35,884 bases of DNA. It comes from a virus. Its lineage: Duplodnaviria > Caudoviricetes. Made by a program: the position numbers and the translations under genes. The stretch covers positions 1-35,884 of the IMG/VR virus record IMGVR_UViG_3300002092_000107; one strand, given 5' to 3'. Positions 34,630 to 35,884 of this stretch are shown piece by piece. Each line of letters starts with the position of its first letter. Position 1 is the first letter of the stretch. The notes beneath the pieces were generated by a model. The model did not search any database. It was not told the DNA's origin and saw nothing but the letters and a program-made list of their open reading frames with translations.

Positions 34630-35883
34630 TTAGCTACTCACATATTCGGTTATAACCACTAAACCCGCTGCCCCTGCGCCGCCAGCGGCACCAGTCGCTG
34701 AATTGTTTGAAACACCACCGCTTCCCCCGGCGCCGCTACCTGAAGCAGTATTTCCAGCCACGAAACCATTTACAACAAGAGGCCCAGGAGCGCCCCCGCC
34801 CGCCAAAGACGACCCACCAAAGCCCCCCGCTGCGGCAATCGCGACAGTCGTAGCGCAGATACCAGCCCCACCGGCGGCACCGGACGCGGCTATATCGCCT
34901 GTTCCAATGGCACCCCCAGCACCACCACCGCCGCCGAACGTTTGCCCAGCAAATCCGCCCTGACCGCCGTTAGCAATACACAAAGAACCCACCGACGTTG
35001 TTCCTCCGGCTGTTCCGTTATTGAGTCCGGCAGCGCCACCATTTCCAGCCGCACCTATTGTTACCGTTTGGGATGACCCAATTGCAGCGGCTGTAGCCGT
35101 CTTTTTGGAGTACCCGCCAGCACCACCACCGCCGCCGGAATCGCTTGTTCCAACACCCGCAACAGTACCACCACCACCACCACCACCGCCCCAACATTCG
35201 ATAACGGCATAAACGAGACCTGTGCTTGGCGTATAAGTCCCGGAAGATGAGAATTTCTGCACATTGATTTTGTCAATCAATGGCGCAGAAACAGAATTAC
35301 CGTTGATTGTGGGTGATGTGCCTTTAACAACAGAACCAGTTCCGGTGGTGGCCAATTCGCCAAGCGTTCCGGCGTTATTATATTCAATATATCCCGACGT
35401 TCCACTTGATATGGTCGTAGTGCCAACTATTAAATTTGCTGCGGCCACGCCCGTTGTGCAACTTGAACCGCTTGAACAGCTTATGCTGTACGTGCCCGAA
35501 GCCGGATTGCCGAGAATGTTGCTAAAAGCCGTTGCTGCGGTCGTGCCCGCCGTACCGCCATTGGCAATTGCTACCTGTCCTGTCAAAGACGCGGTAGGAA
35601 AGGTTCCACTGCCCACAAGACCAAGATTTGAAAGTGCCGTAACTAAATTACCGGTTGGTTGTACAATGGGAGTAACGCCATAAAAACCAATTTTTTGCGT
35701 TGTGGCCGTTCCGAAATCTGTACCCGTCGTCGCATCCGTAACAATGTTATGCGTGGATAGAGTCAGGTTGCCGTTTAACGTCTCGCTTGTCGCGGTTAAG
35801 GCGGTAAAGTTTCCGGTATTGGCCGCTGTTCCACCAATGGCCGGTGGCGATGCCAGATAGTTAGTAAAGCCCGTTCCTGATAC
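34630..35883 (-). CDS. Tail fibre with glycine-rich C-terminal domain; 5' end outside the window
   Basis: Frame is open to the window edge; FSSSGTYTPS..ECWGGGGGGG..GAAGLVVITEY. Confidence 0.82.
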   Translation of the reverse strand, partial: VSGTGFTNYLASPPAIGGTAANTGNFTALTATSETLNGNLTLSTHNIVTDATTGTDFGTATTQKIGFYGVTPIVQPTGNLVTALSNLGLVGSGTFPTASLTGQVAIANGGTAGTTAATAFSNILGNPASGTYSISCSSGSSCTTGVAAANLIVGTTTISSGTSGYIEYNNAGTLGELATTGTGSVVKGTSPTINGNSVSAPLIDKINVQKFSSSGTYTPSTGLVYAVIECWGGGGGGGGTVAGVGTSDSGGGGGAGGYSKKTATAAAIGSSQTVTIGAAGNGGAAGLNNGTAGGTTSVGSLCIANGGQGGFAGQTFGGGGGAGGAIGTGDIAASGAAGGAGICATTVAIAAAGGFGGSSLAGGGAPGPLVVNGFVAGNTASGSGAGGSGGVSNNSATGAAGGAGAAGLVVITEYVSS

Positions 35884-35884
35884 A

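Noticed and set aside
35150-35195. (CCA)n-like repeat as a microsatellite or contingency locus
   Set aside because: It encodes the poly-Gly motif of the fibre's glycine-rich domain.

Overview
The window is most of a podovirus-type tailed-phage genome with two divergent arms; no integrase, host genes or CRISPR array were seen. The minus-strand arm (1-11,360) holds early and replication genes: a RepB-like primase (truncated by the window edge), an SSB-like protein, an SNF2 helicase, VRR-NUC, a Cas4-like nuclease, DUF3310, a Leu762-type PolA, several HTH proteins and small early genes. An AT-rich control region (about 11,390-12,520) carries duplicated tandem operators, ACTWTGCA repeats and a G4 motif. 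The plus-strand arm (12,520-34,050) encodes KTSC, TerL, portal, scaffold, an N4-gp56-type capsid protein, adaptor, nozzle, fibre, lysis-like genes, a GNAT, three ejection-type proteins and a PurD-like ATP-grasp ligase. A minus-strand tail fibre module closes the window. The most notable items read directly from the sequence are: (1) an unassigned ~120-nt three-way-junction RNA with its own promoter ahead of the packaging genes, where no TerS is recognisable; (2) a complete type II hammerhead ribozyme in the early operon; (3) a PurD-like ligase in the virion module with a gene apparently overprinted on its 3' third; (4) a TerL with a second, degenerate nuclease domain; (5) a hairpin switch over the capsid RBS. 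All family calls are from motif recognition by eye; no database searches were run.
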